Positions 8,459-16,734 of a stretch of 32,000 nucleotides of DNA are shown piece by piece; positions within the stretch are counted from its first letter, which is position 1; each line of letters starts with the position of its first letter. Source of the DNA: Arthrobacter phage Sonali. A program made the position numbers and the translations under genes. The stretch lies in sequence record MK411746.1; one strand, given 5' to 3'. The notes beneath the pieces were generated by a model that saw only the letters and a program-made list of their open reading frames with translations, was not told where the DNA came from and ran no database searches.

Positions 8459-9573
8459 CAGAGCTCGCCACCATCCCCGAGACCGCCCCGACCGCATCCA
8501 CGGTCGCCGCCTACGTCCCCTCCGCCCAGCCTGGCAAGCAGGTTGACCTGGACTCCTACTGGACCCGGATGGGAACGGCCATCCAGATCGCCGGGCCGAT
8601 GTGCAAGACCCCGTTCGTTCCGGCGGCGTTCCGGAACAAGCCCGAGGACACGGCAATGGCCATCATGTACGGGTTCAAGTACGGGATGGAGCCGGACGCG
8701 GCCCTGTCCTCCATCTTCATCATCGGTGGCCGCCCTGGCATGTACTCCAGGGTCCAGCACGCCATCCTCCTCGCCCACGGCCACGATGTCCGGGTGACCA
8801 AGCAGACCCCCGAGGAGTGCGTGGTCCAGGGCCGCCGGAAGGGCGACGAGGGCGAGTTCACGGTCTCCTCCTGGACGATCGCCAGGGCCCGCCAGGCGGG
8901 GTACTTCACCAACGACAAGTACACCAAGGACCCGATCGCCATGCTCACCGCCAGGGCGCTCGGCGACGTCTGCCGCCTGGTCGCTCCCGACCTGCTCATG
9001 GGCATCGTGGCCTACAACGAGGCCGACGTCGAGGTGATGGAGGTCCTGGACGGGGACACCCTCCGCCCCATCCAGGAGCAGCCCACGGCCCGGGTCCAGC
9101 GCCGGGTCGCCGCGGCCCCGCCGCCCGTCCAGGCATCCGCCCCGCGCCCGTTCGTGGATGTCTCCGCCCCGGTCGCCCCGGCCCCGGAAGCGGAGCCCCT
9201 GGTCGGCCAGGAGGCCAACGACTCCGACGTCGTGGACGAGGCCCAGGAGGAGCAGGCCGTGGAGTACGACGACGGGGTCCAGGATGAGCCCTCGAACGTG
9301 TTCCAGCTCCCGCAGGCGCAGGCTATCGCCCTGGCCGGGGAGTCCCAGGTCGCGGCCATGATGAACGAGCTCAACCGGGCCGGGCATCGGACCATCGCGG
9401 CGAAGCGGAAGGCCGCCAAGGAGTTCGTCGGGCGGGAGCTGGACGGCCCCCACCAGATGACAGCTGATGAGGCGGACGCCTTCATCAATCACCTCATGCG
9501 CCAGGCAGCCGAGTCCACCGCCGCGGTGGACGCAGCCTGGGGTATCACCAACACCGAAGAAGGACAGCAGTAG
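8455..9573 (+). CDS. RecT-like single-strand annealing protein (373 aa)
   Basis: AMAIMYGFKYGMEPDAALSSIFIIGGRPGMYSRVQHAILLAHGHDV...TWTIARARQAGY...YTKDPIAMLTARALGDVCRLVAPDLLMGI; internal ATG 8455 with ATGA overlap. Confidence 0.85.
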   Translation: MTELATIPETAPTASTVAAYVPSAQPGKQVDLDSYWTRMGTAIQIAGPMCKTPFVPAAFRNKPEDTAMAIMYGFKYGMEPDAALSSIFIIGGRPGMYSRVQHAILLAHGHDVRVTKQTPEECVVQGRRKGDEGEFTVSSWTIARARQAGYFTNDKYTKDPIAMLTARALGDVCRLVAPDLLMGIVAYNEADVEVMEVLDGDTLRPIQEQPTARVQRRVAAAPPPVQASAPRPFVDVSAPVAPAPEAEPLVGQEANDSDVVDEAQEEQAVEYDDGVQDEPSNVFQLPQAQAIALAGESQVAAMMNELNRAGHRTIAAKRKAAKEFVGRELDGPHQMTADEADAFINHLMRQAAESTAAVDAAWGITNTEEGQQ

Positions 9574-9576
9574 ATC

Positions 9577-10173
9577 ATGGCAGGCGAACAGACCATTACC
9601 GTCGTCGGACGGCTCACGAATGACCCCGAGCTGAGGTTCACCCCCTCGGGCAACGCGGTCGCCAACTTCACCATCGCCCAGAACGCCAGGACCTTCGACC
9701 GGCAGAGCAACGAGTGGAAGGACGGCCCCACCACGTTCTGGCGGTGCGACGCCTGGCGCGAGATGGCCGAGAACATCGCCGAGTCCCTGGTCAAGGGAAC
9801 CGGGGTCGTGGCCACGGGCCGCCTGGAGACCCGGAACTACGAGACCAAGGAGGGCGAGAAGCGGTCCGTCATCGAGTTCCATGTGGACAACATCGGGCCG
9901 GACCTCCGCTGGGGAGTCGCCAAGTTCGCCAAGGCCCAGCGCGGCCAGGGCGGGGGCGGCTTCGGAGGAGGACAGAACCAGGGCCAGGGCGGCGGTTTCG
10001 GCGGCGGCCAGGGCCAGGCCCAGGGCGGCCAGTGGGGAGGCCAGCAGGGCGGCCAGGGGAACGGCTGGGGAGGCGGCCAGCCCGCAGCCCAGGACGACCC
10101 CTGGGCGACCCCCGGAGCGACCGCTAACGCCGGTGGCTGGGGCAACGGTCCCGGCTCCGAGCCCCCGTTCTAG
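9577..10173 (+). CDS. ssb: Single-stranded DNA-binding protein
   Basis: TVVGRLTNDPELRFTPSGNAVANFTIA OB-fold, Gly/Gln-rich linker, acidic/aromatic tail ending EPPF. Confidence 0.95.
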   Translation: MAGEQTITVVGRLTNDPELRFTPSGNAVANFTIAQNARTFDRQSNEWKDGPTTFWRCDAWREMAENIAESLVKGTGVVATGRLETRNYETKEGEKRSVIEFHVDNIGPDLRWGVAKFAKAQRGQGGGGFGGGQNQGQGGGFGGGQGQAQGGQWGGQQGGQGNGWGGGQPAAQDDPWATPGATANAGGWGNGPGSEPPF

Positions 10174-10188
10174 GCCAGGGAGGTAGCC

Positions 10189-10578
10189 ATGCAGTGGGTC
10201 CGTTTGGACACGAGTTTTCCCACTAATCCGAAGGTTTTGGAGCTCATTCAGGCCAAAAAACATGCCGCAGTCGTCGCATATGTGAGCAGTTTGGCCTACT
10301 CAGGGGCCCACGAAACCGATGGTTTTATCCCCGGAAATGCCCTGCCTTTTGTCCACGGAACGAAGCGGATTGCCGCCGATCTGGTGGCCGTCGGCCTCTG
10401 GGACTCGATGCCAACCGGCTTCGCCATCCACGGCTGGGAGGAGTACCAGCCGTCCGCGGAGGAGGCCAAAATGCGCGCGGAGAAGGGGCGGAAGGCGGCC
10501 CTGGCTCGGTGGGCGAAGGCGAACGGGGGCGAGCCGGTCCAGCTCCACGCAGTGCCCGACCAGGGTGCTACCGGCTGA
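10189..10578 (+). CDS. Phage replication-initiation/replisome-organiser-like protein (weak assignment)
   Basis: MQWVRLDTSFPTNPKVLELIQAKKHAAVVAYVSSLAYSGAHETDGFIP..., winged-helix-like N-terminus; position after ssb. Confidence 0.6.
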   Translation: MQWVRLDTSFPTNPKVLELIQAKKHAAVVAYVSSLAYSGAHETDGFIPGNALPFVHGTKRIAADLVAVGLWDSMPTGFAIHGWEEYQPSAEEAKMRAEKGRKAALARWAKANGGEPVQLHAVPDQGATG

Positions 10579-10586
10579 TGCTCCAA

Positions 10587-10659
10587 GCATTGCTCGGGGC
10601 ATTGCTCATGCATCAGCCCCGGGCAATGCCTTAACAGACAGACAGACATACATACGTAG
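10587..10659. repeat. Repeat/palindrome cluster in the 190-bp gap after the replication-like gene
   Basis: Direct repeat GCATTGCTC at 10587-10595 and 10599-10607; inverted GGCATTGC/GCAATGCC (10598-10605 / 10623-10630); CAGACAGACAGACATACATAC microrepeat from 10635. Confidence 0.7.
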
Positions 10660-10767
10660 ATAAGGGGGTGGTTACCTTGGGTGCCTCCCTCACCAATTCT
10701 TTTCTCACCAGTTGGAAAAAGTAATCAATCAATCGTCCAGAAAGTTAACCCGCGAGGAGGGCAACAA

Positions 10768-11217
10768 TTGACTGACATTCAGGAACTCACTCTCAAGCAG
10801 GCACAGATCATCGCCGCCGCCTGGCACGAGGTCCGCCCCGACTGGGGCATCCCGTCGCTGATGACCCTCCTCCAGGAGAACTCCCGGCACGCCCCGTTCG
10901 CCGAGCTGCTGCGGGCGGGCATCAACGCCGGGCTCAACCCGAAGGTCCGGACCCCGGCGGTGATCTTCAAGCCAGGCAAGCACTGGCTGGACGCCGAAGC
11001 CGCCCAGGACCCGGCCAGGACCTCCTGGTTCGGGAATGACTCCTCCGACGAATGCCCGAACCACCCGACCGTCAAGGCGTGGAACTGCCGCCCCTGCCGG
11101 ACAGCCGATCCGAAGCCCGCGAACTTCAAGGAGCGGGTCGCTGCCGAAGCCGAGAAGGTCCGCGCCGCCAGGGCAGCCGCCCTCACCCCAGCCACCACCG
11201 TCCAGGAAGCCAGCTAG
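10768..11217 (+). CDS. Hypothetical protein (149 aa) with C-terminal Cys/His cluster
   Basis: TTG start after GGAGG (10756-10760); ECPNHPTVKAWNCRPCR; shorter than the 178-aa track ORF. Confidence 0.75.
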   Translation: MTDIQELTLKQAQIIAAAWHEVRPDWGIPSLMTLLQENSRHAPFAELLRAGINAGLNPKVRTPAVIFKPGKHWLDAEAAQDPARTSWFGNDSSDECPNHPTVKAWNCRPCRTADPKPANFKERVAAEAEKVRAARAAALTPATTVQEAS

Positions 11218-11220
11218 ACC

Positions 11221-11892
11221 ATGTACCAGCACCGCCCCGCCGAAGCCCGCAAGCCCCAGCCGCTCTCCCCGACCGATTACGCCCGGGTCCACCGCGACGT
11301 CCAGGCCAAGGCATCCTGGCTCCTCCAGGACCAGCAAGCCCGCCTGGACAAGCAGATCGCCGAGGAACGCGCCGCCCTGGAGGCCCGCCTGGCACAGGAG
11401 GACGCCGACCTGGCCAGGGAGCGTACCAGCCTGGAAATCATCCTGGGAGCCACCCGCAAGGACGTCGAGGAGCTGCGCGCCCAGGTCGAGGAGGTCAAGG
11501 CCGAACGGCACCGGCTCAAGGGCCGGAAGCAGACCGCGGACAAGACCCTCCAGCGCTGGCAGTCCGAGGTGAACGCCCTCCAGGAGCTCGTGGAGGAGTC
11601 CCGGAAGGCCAGGGCCGACATCGAAGCCCAGGAGGCCGAGAACCGGGCCCTGGCACGCGAGCTCCGGCGGCTCAAGGATGAAGCCCAGACCCTCCGGGGC
11701 CGGGCTCAGCGGGCCGAGGCCACCATCAAGAAACGCCAGGACCTCATCAGGTACGCCCCGCTGTCCCCGGAGCAGCGGCGCCTGTTCGACGCCGAGAACG
11801 AGGTGGTCCAGCACAACCTCCGCAAGAAACGCGCCCAGAAGGCCGCCGAGGAACACGGCTACGGGCCAGGCGTCCTCGTCAGGGCCTCGTGA
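11221..11892 (+). CDS. Coiled-coil protein (223 aa)
   Basis: Long Ala/Glu/Arg/Leu heptad-like stretches. Confidence 0.75.
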   Translation: MYQHRPAEARKPQPLSPTDYARVHRDVQAKASWLLQDQQARLDKQIAEERAALEARLAQEDADLARERTSLEIILGATRKDVEELRAQVEEVKAERHRLKGRKQTADKTLQRWQSEVNALQELVEESRKARADIEAQEAENRALARELRRLKDEAQTLRGRAQRAEATIKKRQDLIRYAPLSPEQRRLFDAENEVVQHNLRKKRAQKAAEEHGYGPGVLVRAS

Positions 11893-11951
11893 CCCCCGCC
11901 CCGGGGCGATGACCCCAGGGAGGCCCTGTTCGGGCGTCCTACCCCGCAAAA

Positions 11952-11974
11952 CGCCCCGCTGGGGGCGAATTTTT
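11952..11974 (+). terminator. Intrinsic terminator
   Basis: CGCCCC-GCTG-GGGGCG-AA-TTTTT. Confidence 0.7.
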
Positions 11975-12014
11975 GACCCACCCACCAACCACTAGTACCG
12001 AAAGCGAGCACCCA

Positions 12015-12521
12015 TTGGTCTCATTCCGCGTCGTCGGAACCCCTGGCCCCCAGGGATCGAAGAAAGCCATCCCCATCTCGAAAAAGGGCCCGGACGGCTC
12101 CCGGGTCTTCACCGGCAAGGTCAACATGATCGAGTCCTCGACCAAGGTGAAGCCCTGGCGGGCGCAGGTCGCCGAGCAGTTCAAGGCCACCGGAGCCGCC
12201 AAGATCAACGGCGCGGTGAGCGTCGGGATCACGTTTTTCCTGGCTCGCCCGAAGGCCCACTACCGGACCGGGAAGTTCGCCCACCTGCTCAAGCCCACCG
12301 CCCCGCTGTATCCCGAGGGCAAGCCCGACATCGACAAGCTGGTCCGCTCCACCCTGGACGCCCTCACCCAGTCCGGCGCCTACCACGACGACGCGAAAGT
12401 CGTGAACCTCCACGTCAGCAAGCGGTTCGCCGACCATCGGGAGCCTGGCGCGGTCATCCAGCTCATCCCCAAGGCCGCCGCCACCCAAGCCGAAGCCGGG
12501 CCCATCGGGAGGCTCGCATGA
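12015..12521 (+). CDS. RusA-family Holliday junction resolvase-like protein
   Basis: VSFRVVGTPGPQGSKK...YPEGKPDIDKLVRSTLDALTQSGAYHDDAKVVNLHVSKRF (DxDN-like PDIDKL and DDaqV motifs). Start may be TTG 12015 rather than 11973 because 11973 lies in the terminator. Confidence 0.88.
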   Translation: MVSFRVVGTPGPQGSKKAIPISKKGPDGSRVFTGKVNMIESSTKVKPWRAQVAEQFKATGAAKINGAVSVGITFFLARPKAHYRTGKFAHLLKPTAPLYPEGKPDIDKLVRSTLDALTQSGAYHDDAKVVNLHVSKRFADHREPGAVIQLIPKAAATQAEAGPIGRLA

Positions 12522-12721
12522 GCATCATCGCCAGGCTCCGCAAGGCCCGCAAGGACTACGTCTGCGCCAGCGACTACGCCCATGACAGGACGATCCGGAA
12601 GGGCGACATCTACGCCCGCGTGAAGGCCAGCCCCGGGTACGAGTTCAACATCCACCCCGGGAAGTGGCACGAGTACCCCACCCATCCGGAATGCACCGAA
12701 TACGTCAGGGAGGACGGATGA
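12518..12721 (+). CDS. Small hypothetical protein (67 aa)
   Basis: ATGA overlap with RusA; KDYVCASDYAHDRTIRKGDIYARV...HPECTEYV. Confidence 0.7.
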   Translation: MSIIARLRKARKDYVCASDYAHDRTIRKGDIYARVKASPGYEFNIHPGKWHEYPTHPECTEYVREDG

Positions 12722-12873
12722 GCCGCGATGTCCGCGCCACCGTGACCGGCACGATGCCAGCCCCGAGCGGCATGGTCATCGTCGAGCTCATCGTGGACGC
12801 CGCCGAGCTCGGCGATGTCCGCATCTACGACCACCTCACCCTCAACATCAAGGAAGCCCGCCGTGCCCCGTAA
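12718..12873 (+). CDS. Small hypothetical protein (51 aa)
   Basis: Internal ATG, ATGA overlap upstream. Confidence 0.55.
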   Translation: MSRDVRATVTGTMPAPSGMVIVELIVDAAELGDVRIYDHLTLNIKEARRAP

Positions 12874-13075
12874 GACCGCCACCTACACCCCGTCCGTCAA
12901 GCCCGCCAGGGGCGTCGTCGTCACCCTGGACGACAAGCCCGGGACCTGGCAGATCAGCGACAAGTCCCCGACCCGCGGATGCTGGTGGCTGGTCGCCGCC
13001 GATGACGCCGCCAGGGCCCACGCCAGCTTCGCCGAGGCAGACGCCAAGGCCATGACCCGCGCCACCCTCAACTGA
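12863..13075 (+). CDS. Small hypothetical protein (70 aa)
   Basis: GTG start overlapping the previous gene end. Confidence 0.5.
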   Translation: MPRKTATYTPSVKPARGVVVTLDDKPGTWQISDKSPTRGCWWLVAADDAARAHASFAEADAKAMTRATLN

Positions 13076-13089
13076 AAGGCTCCACCGCA

Positions 13090-13599
13090 ATGCCCCCGCA
13101 GATGGTCAAGACCCGCAACACCCTCCTGTCCCTGGAGGAGACCCGCCTGGCAGCCACGAGCATCAAACTCCTGGCCACGTCCAAGGGCTTCCAGCAGTAC
13201 AAGCCCCTCCACGACGCCCTGGTCGCCGCCGGATACCCCGGCTCCTACGCGACCTTCACCAGGCTCCTCTCCGCGGCCCGCCAGGCGCAGGAGACCGAGG
13301 TCGCCACGATCGCCAGGTTCTTCAACGTCCAGCCCCGGGACCTGACCGGCTCCGAGAACCCGATGAAGGACCCGGCCCCGCCGCGGCTGGTCGAGTTCGA
13401 CCTCCCCGTCCAGGCGGTCCCCGAGGGCCCCGTCCGGGCGCTGCCTCTCCCGAGGTCCAGGCGGGACCCGAAGCCTGGCAACGTCCAGGTCCCCGCCGCC
13501 GAGCTCCTGGCCCTGGCCGAGGCCATCAACGGGCTCACGGAAGTCCTGCGGGCGTCCTGGGTCACGCCCGGCCCGGAGGAAATGCCCGCCGCCTCGTGA
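13090..13599 (+). CDS. Hypothetical protein (169 aa), possible HTH regulator
   Basis: ATFTRLLSAARQAQETEVATIARFFNVQPRDLTGSE resembles an XRE-type C-terminal helix pattern. Confidence 0.7.
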   Translation: MPPQMVKTRNTLLSLEETRLAATSIKLLATSKGFQQYKPLHDALVAAGYPGSYATFTRLLSAARQAQETEVATIARFFNVQPRDLTGSENPMKDPAPPRLVEFDLPVQAVPEGPVRALPLPRSRRDPKPGNVQVPAAELLALAEAINGLTEVLRASWVTPGPEEMPAAS

Positions 13600-13606
13600 G
13601 GTGTGT

Positions 13607-13632
13607 CTTAGGTGTAATCCCGTTACACTTAG
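13607..13632 (+). promoter_or_regulatory. Conserved promoter/operator-like box, instance 3 (palindromic)
   Basis: CTTAGGTGTAATCCCGTTACACTTAG; GTGTAA-TCCCG-TTACAC; 36 nt before the ATG at 13667. Confidence 0.75.
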
Positions 13633-13666
13633 AGAGTCAGCAAGACACCAACCAAGGGAGCGGGAC

Positions 13667-13861
13667 ATGAAAAAGGAAGTGAAGCGGCTGCTAAAGCTGG
13701 CCGAGGAGCTTGGATACGAATACGTCCGGCTCACCAGCGACGGTCACCACCTCATGCAGCACAAGGTGACCCGCAAGCGGGCGACGATCCCCTCGACGCC
13801 CCACGGCGGCAAGCGCGGCGTCGAGAACTGCGAAGCCGACCTCAAGCGCAAGGCCCGCTAG
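13667..13861 (+). CDS. HicA-like (YcfA-fold) small protein
   Basis: MKKEVKRLLKLAEELGYEYVRLTSDGHHLMQHKVTRKRATIPSTPHGGKRG..., G-H-H core plus basic beta-strand pattern; CACCAACCAAGGGAG leader. Confidence 0.6.
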   Translation: MKKEVKRLLKLAEELGYEYVRLTSDGHHLMQHKVTRKRATIPSTPHGGKRGVENCEADLKRKAR

Positions 13862-13929
13862 CCCCTCCGGGGCCCCGTCCCAGCGACGGGGTCCCGGAGT
13901 ACCATCAGATTCACCAGCCAAGGAGAACC

Positions 13930-14172
13930 ATGACCACCAAGGAGCCCCAGATGAGCGCCGACGAGTACCTGGTCCACACCCACAACGACGACGACATCCC
14001 CGGGGACGCCCTGAGCGTCTGGCGCCCGATCCTGGACGGCGACCGCCCCACGGTCCAGATTGACCAGTCCGACGGGATCACCGCCAGCATCCGCTACGAG
14101 GCCGACTCTGCCCCCGCCATCGCCAGGGCAATCCTCCAGGCCGCGGGCCTCGACGCCTCAGCCCTGGCGTAA
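13930..14172 (+). CDS. Small acidic hypothetical protein (80 aa)
   Basis: ORF with CACCAGCCAAGGAG leader. Confidence 0.65.
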   Translation: MTTKEPQMSADEYLVHTHNDDDIPGDALSVWRPILDGDRPTVQIDQSDGITASIRYEADSAPAIARAILQAAGLDASALA

Positions 14173-14197
14173 TACCGGCGCGGCGACGTCCCTTTTC

Positions 14198-14220
14198 GCT
14201 GTAATTGCATTACGCTTATT
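14198..14220 (+). promoter_or_regulatory. Conserved promoter/operator-like box, instance 4 (variant)
   Basis: GCTGTAATTGCATTACGCTTATT; 60 nt before the ATG at 14278 because a hairpin occupies the leader. Confidence 0.6.
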
Positions 14221-14241
14221 AGGCACCACAAAATCCAACCA

Positions 14242-14258
14242 GCGGGCGGTAAGCCCGC
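14242..14258 (+). promoter_or_regulatory. 5'-leader hairpin immediately upstream of the CACCAACCAAGGAG leader
   Basis: GCGGGC-GGTAA-GCCCGC. Confidence 0.6.
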
Positions 14259-14277
14259 ACCAACCAAGGAGACAACT

Positions 14278-14619
14278 ATGTCCAACTTCGCCACGCCCGC
14301 AGAGACCCAGATCACCCGGGAGTACGGGCTCCGCAAGCCCGACGGGACCGTCATCTGGAACGAACAGGTCCACACCCTCAACGACTCCGGCACGGTCTAC
14401 ATGAAGCCCCTGCAGGAGGTCCACGAGAAGCCCTACGCCCGCGCCGCGTTCTCCCGCTACCTGGTCAACGTCGCCGCCGAGGTCGGCATCGACCACCTCC
14501 AGTACGTGACCAGCCACCGGCTCCTCACCCGGGACCGCATCACCGTCACCCTGGCCGCCACCGAGGTCGATGACGAGTCCCAGCTCGCCGCCCCGCTCAG
14601 CAACGAGGTCCCGTTCTGA
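14278..14619 (+). CDS. Hypothetical protein (113 aa)
   Basis: ORF with CACCAACCAAGGAG leader. Confidence 0.75.
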   Translation: MSNFATPAETQITREYGLRKPDGTVIWNEQVHTLNDSGTVYMKPLQEVHEKPYARAAFSRYLVNVAAEVGIDHLQYVTSHRLLTRDRITVTLAATEVDDESQLAAPLSNEVPF

Positions 14620-15008
14620 TGCCCGCCGCCCCCAGCATCGAGACCCTGCCCGCGCAGTACGACGAGGGCATCCTCATCGCCCACCCCGCCGCGGTCCTCC
14701 ACTTCCTCGACACCGACGTCATGGTCCAGCGGTCCGCCCTGGACGGCAAGGTCCTGGTCACCGTGGACGGCGACGACCGCGCCACCCGGATCGACCTGAA
14801 CGACGGCACCGTCTGGGACGGCCCCGGGAACCCCACCGACCTCACGATGGCCGAGGGCCGCCTGAGCGTGGAGCAGGCCAGGGAGCTCCACGCGCTCCTC
14901 CTCGGAGCCCACCGCGACATCGAGCGCGGCAAGCCCTCGCCCTACCTCCTGGAGCGGGCCCTGGACTACACCGCCCGCCTCATCCCCGCAGAGGAGCGCC
15001 AGGCATGA
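14619..15008 (+). CDS. Hypothetical protein (129 aa)
   Basis: TGATG coupling with the preceding gene. Confidence 0.7.
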   Translation: MPAAPSIETLPAQYDEGILIAHPAAVLHFLDTDVMVQRSALDGKVLVTVDGDDRATRIDLNDGTVWDGPGNPTDLTMAEGRLSVEQARELHALLLGAHRDIERGKPSPYLLERALDYTARLIPAEERQA

Positions 15009-15235
15009 GCCTCCAGGCCACCATCACCATCACTCTCGAGTTGACCCCCGAGCAGGACCTCTCCAGGGTCCAGGCGAAGGTCGGGGACATCACCGAAGCC
15101 GTCGAGGAACTGATCCTGGACCGCTTCACCCCCGACAACTCGCCCCACCAGTCCGAGGAGCCGCCGTACAGGTTCGACCGGACCCCGGGCCCCTACGTCA
15201 AGTCCCTCAAGATCGGAGAACTCGCCAATGTCTGA
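15005..15235 (+). CDS. Small hypothetical protein (76 aa)
   Basis: Internal ATG with ATGA overlap (MSLQATITITLELTPEQDLSRVQAKVGD). Confidence 0.65.
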   Translation: MSLQATITITLELTPEQDLSRVQAKVGDITEAVEELILDRFTPDNSPHQSEEPPYRFDRTPGPYVKSLKIGELANV

Positions 15236-15590
15236 AATCAAGCCCCGCATCGAAGGGCGCATTATTCGCCGGGACGGCCAGGTCTCCCGCTTCATGATCT
15301 TGGCGGACTCCTCCTCGCAGTGGGGCCTCCGCTCCGACTACCTGGGCGAGACCTCGGACGTCGTCTCCGAGATGGCCACCGCGGCGCAGACCGCAACGGA
15401 CTTCTTCGCCGTCGTCGAGGACGGGGACCGCCTGGTGAAGGCCGAGCGGATCGACGAGTTCCGCGGGCTCCTGGTCAAGGCCAACCAGGCAGCCCACGGC
15501 GACTCCAACGACGAGGAAATCGAAGCCCTCCAGGACGCCCTCGAAGCAGCCTGCGAAGCCCTCGGCGTGGACAAGGACGAGGAGGAGTGA
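15228..15590 (+). CDS. Hypothetical protein (120 aa)
   Basis: Tightly overlapping ORF, acidic C-terminus. Confidence 0.7.
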   Translation: MSEIKPRIEGRIIRRDGQVSRFMILADSSSQWGLRSDYLGETSDVVSEMATAAQTATDFFAVVEDGDRLVKAERIDEFRGLLVKANQAAHGDSNDEEIEALQDALEAACEALGVDKDEEE

Positions 15591-15880
15591 GCCGCCGCGC
15601 GGACGCCCCGCAGACCACCAACGCCGACACCCCCAGGGCCGCCGAGCTCCGCCTGGCAGCCAGGGAATGCATCGCCAACCCCCACCCTGGCGAGACCCCG
15701 ACGAACTGCCCACTCGTGGTCGCCCTCCCCGCCGGGTCCGGCTACGACGAGGCCACCACCGACGCCGTCACCCACATCACGGGCCGCCCCATCGACAACC
15801 TGAACACCTCCTACCTCCGCTCCAGCCTCCGCCGCTGGGCCATGCGCGAACAGATCGGAAAGACCCCCGTTGGCCACTAG
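15587..15880 (+). CDS. Small hypothetical protein (97 aa)
   Basis: GTG start in GTGA overlap after GGAGGA. Confidence 0.6.
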   Translation: MSRRADAPQTTNADTPRAAELRLAARECIANPHPGETPTNCPLVVALPAGSGYDEATTDAVTHITGRPIDNLNTSYLRSSLRRWAMREQIGKTPVGH

Positions 15881-16067
15881 CCTCACCACCAACCACTCCG
15901 TGACCTGCCCCGTTTGCTGGGAGCAGGTCACGGTGACCACCGCGGCCAGGCTCACCTCCCCGAGGGCGCCCAGGTCCGCTACCGCCGTCGTGTTCCTGGA
16001 AGTCGACCGGGACCGCCTCGACCGCCACCTGGCAACCCACCTGACCGAGGAGGAAGCAGCAGCATGA
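15870..16067 (+). CDS. Small zinc-finger-like protein (65 aa)
   Basis: CPVCWEQV ... HLATHL (C2H2-like). Confidence 0.6.
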   Translation: MATSLTTNHSVTCPVCWEQVTVTTAARLTSPRAPRSATAVVFLEVDRDRLDRHLATHLTEEEAAA

Positions 16068-16477
16068 GCAAGCCCAGGGGCCGCGGGAAGGCCACCGACG
16101 ACCGGCGCGGACTGTTCCTCCGCCTCAACGCCGAAGGGCTCAGCCTGGACCTCATGGCCGAACGCCTGGGCGTGACCGTCCGGACCATCAGCCGCTACCG
16201 CGAGGAATACGGGCTCTCCCAGGCCCACCCCGGCCAGAACTTCCGCCCCACCGAGGAGTGGATCGCCGAGGTCCGGGCCCTGGCCGAGGAGGGAATGCCC
16301 ATCGCGGAAATCTGCAGGATGAAGGGCACCACCTGGGCCACCATCAAGCGGAACGTCCCCGACATCCAGGTCTGGGACGCCTCCACGGTCGGCAAGCACG
16401 GCGCCGCCGTCCGCCACACCAACCGCGCCCTCCGCCGCCAGGGCCACCAGTCCCTCGCCAGCTCCAAGCTCGCATGA
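16064..16477 (+). CDS. DNA-binding protein with two HTH-like segments (137 aa)
   Basis: LSLDLMAERLGVTVRTISRYREEYG and MPIAEICRMKGTTWATIKRNVPD. Confidence 0.75.
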   Translation: MSKPRGRGKATDDRRGLFLRLNAEGLSLDLMAERLGVTVRTISRYREEYGLSQAHPGQNFRPTEEWIAEVRALAEEGMPIAEICRMKGTTWATIKRNVPDIQVWDASTVGKHGAAVRHTNRALRRQGHQSLASSKLA

Positions 16478-16734
16478 GCAGGAAACGCAAGCCCAACAGC
16501 GGCAACCCAGCCCGCCCCCAGCCCATCGCCCAGGTCCCCACCGTCAAGCGCCTCTACCGGCTGATGGAGGACGCCGTGAAGCTCACCGGCGAACTCCAGG
16601 ACAAGCTCCCAGACGACGCCTACCTCAACCTCCGCGCCGGGACCCTCGGGCTCATGTTCACCTACGCCCACATGACCGGCCTCCCCAGACCAGACCAGTA
16701 CCTCACCCCCATCGAAGGAGATGCAGCAGCATGA
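16474..16734 (+). CDS. Small hypothetical protein (86 aa)
   Basis: ATGA overlap on both sides. Confidence 0.65.
   Translation: MSRKRKPNSGNPARPQPIAQVPTVKRLYRLMEDAVKLTGELQDKLPDDAYLNLRAGTLGLMFTYAHMTGLPRPDQYLTPIEGDAAA

Noticed and set aside
7475-8656. 393-aa minus-strand ORF
   Set aside because: Antisense to the Cas4-like nuclease gene.
8146-10263. 705-aa minus-strand ORF antisense to the nuclease end, recT-like gene and ssb
   Set aside because: Low-complexity, Leu/Gly/Val-rich shadow of high-GC coding DNA; the plus strand encodes recognisable RecT-like and SSB proteins.
10729-11988. 419-aa minus-strand ORF
   Set aside because: Antisense shadow of the coiled-coil gene and the 10768..11217 gene; no recognisable motifs.
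15338-16447. 369-aa minus-strand ORF
   Set aside because: Antisense to several coupled small plus-strand ORFs with RBS and ATGA overlaps; shadow-type composition.
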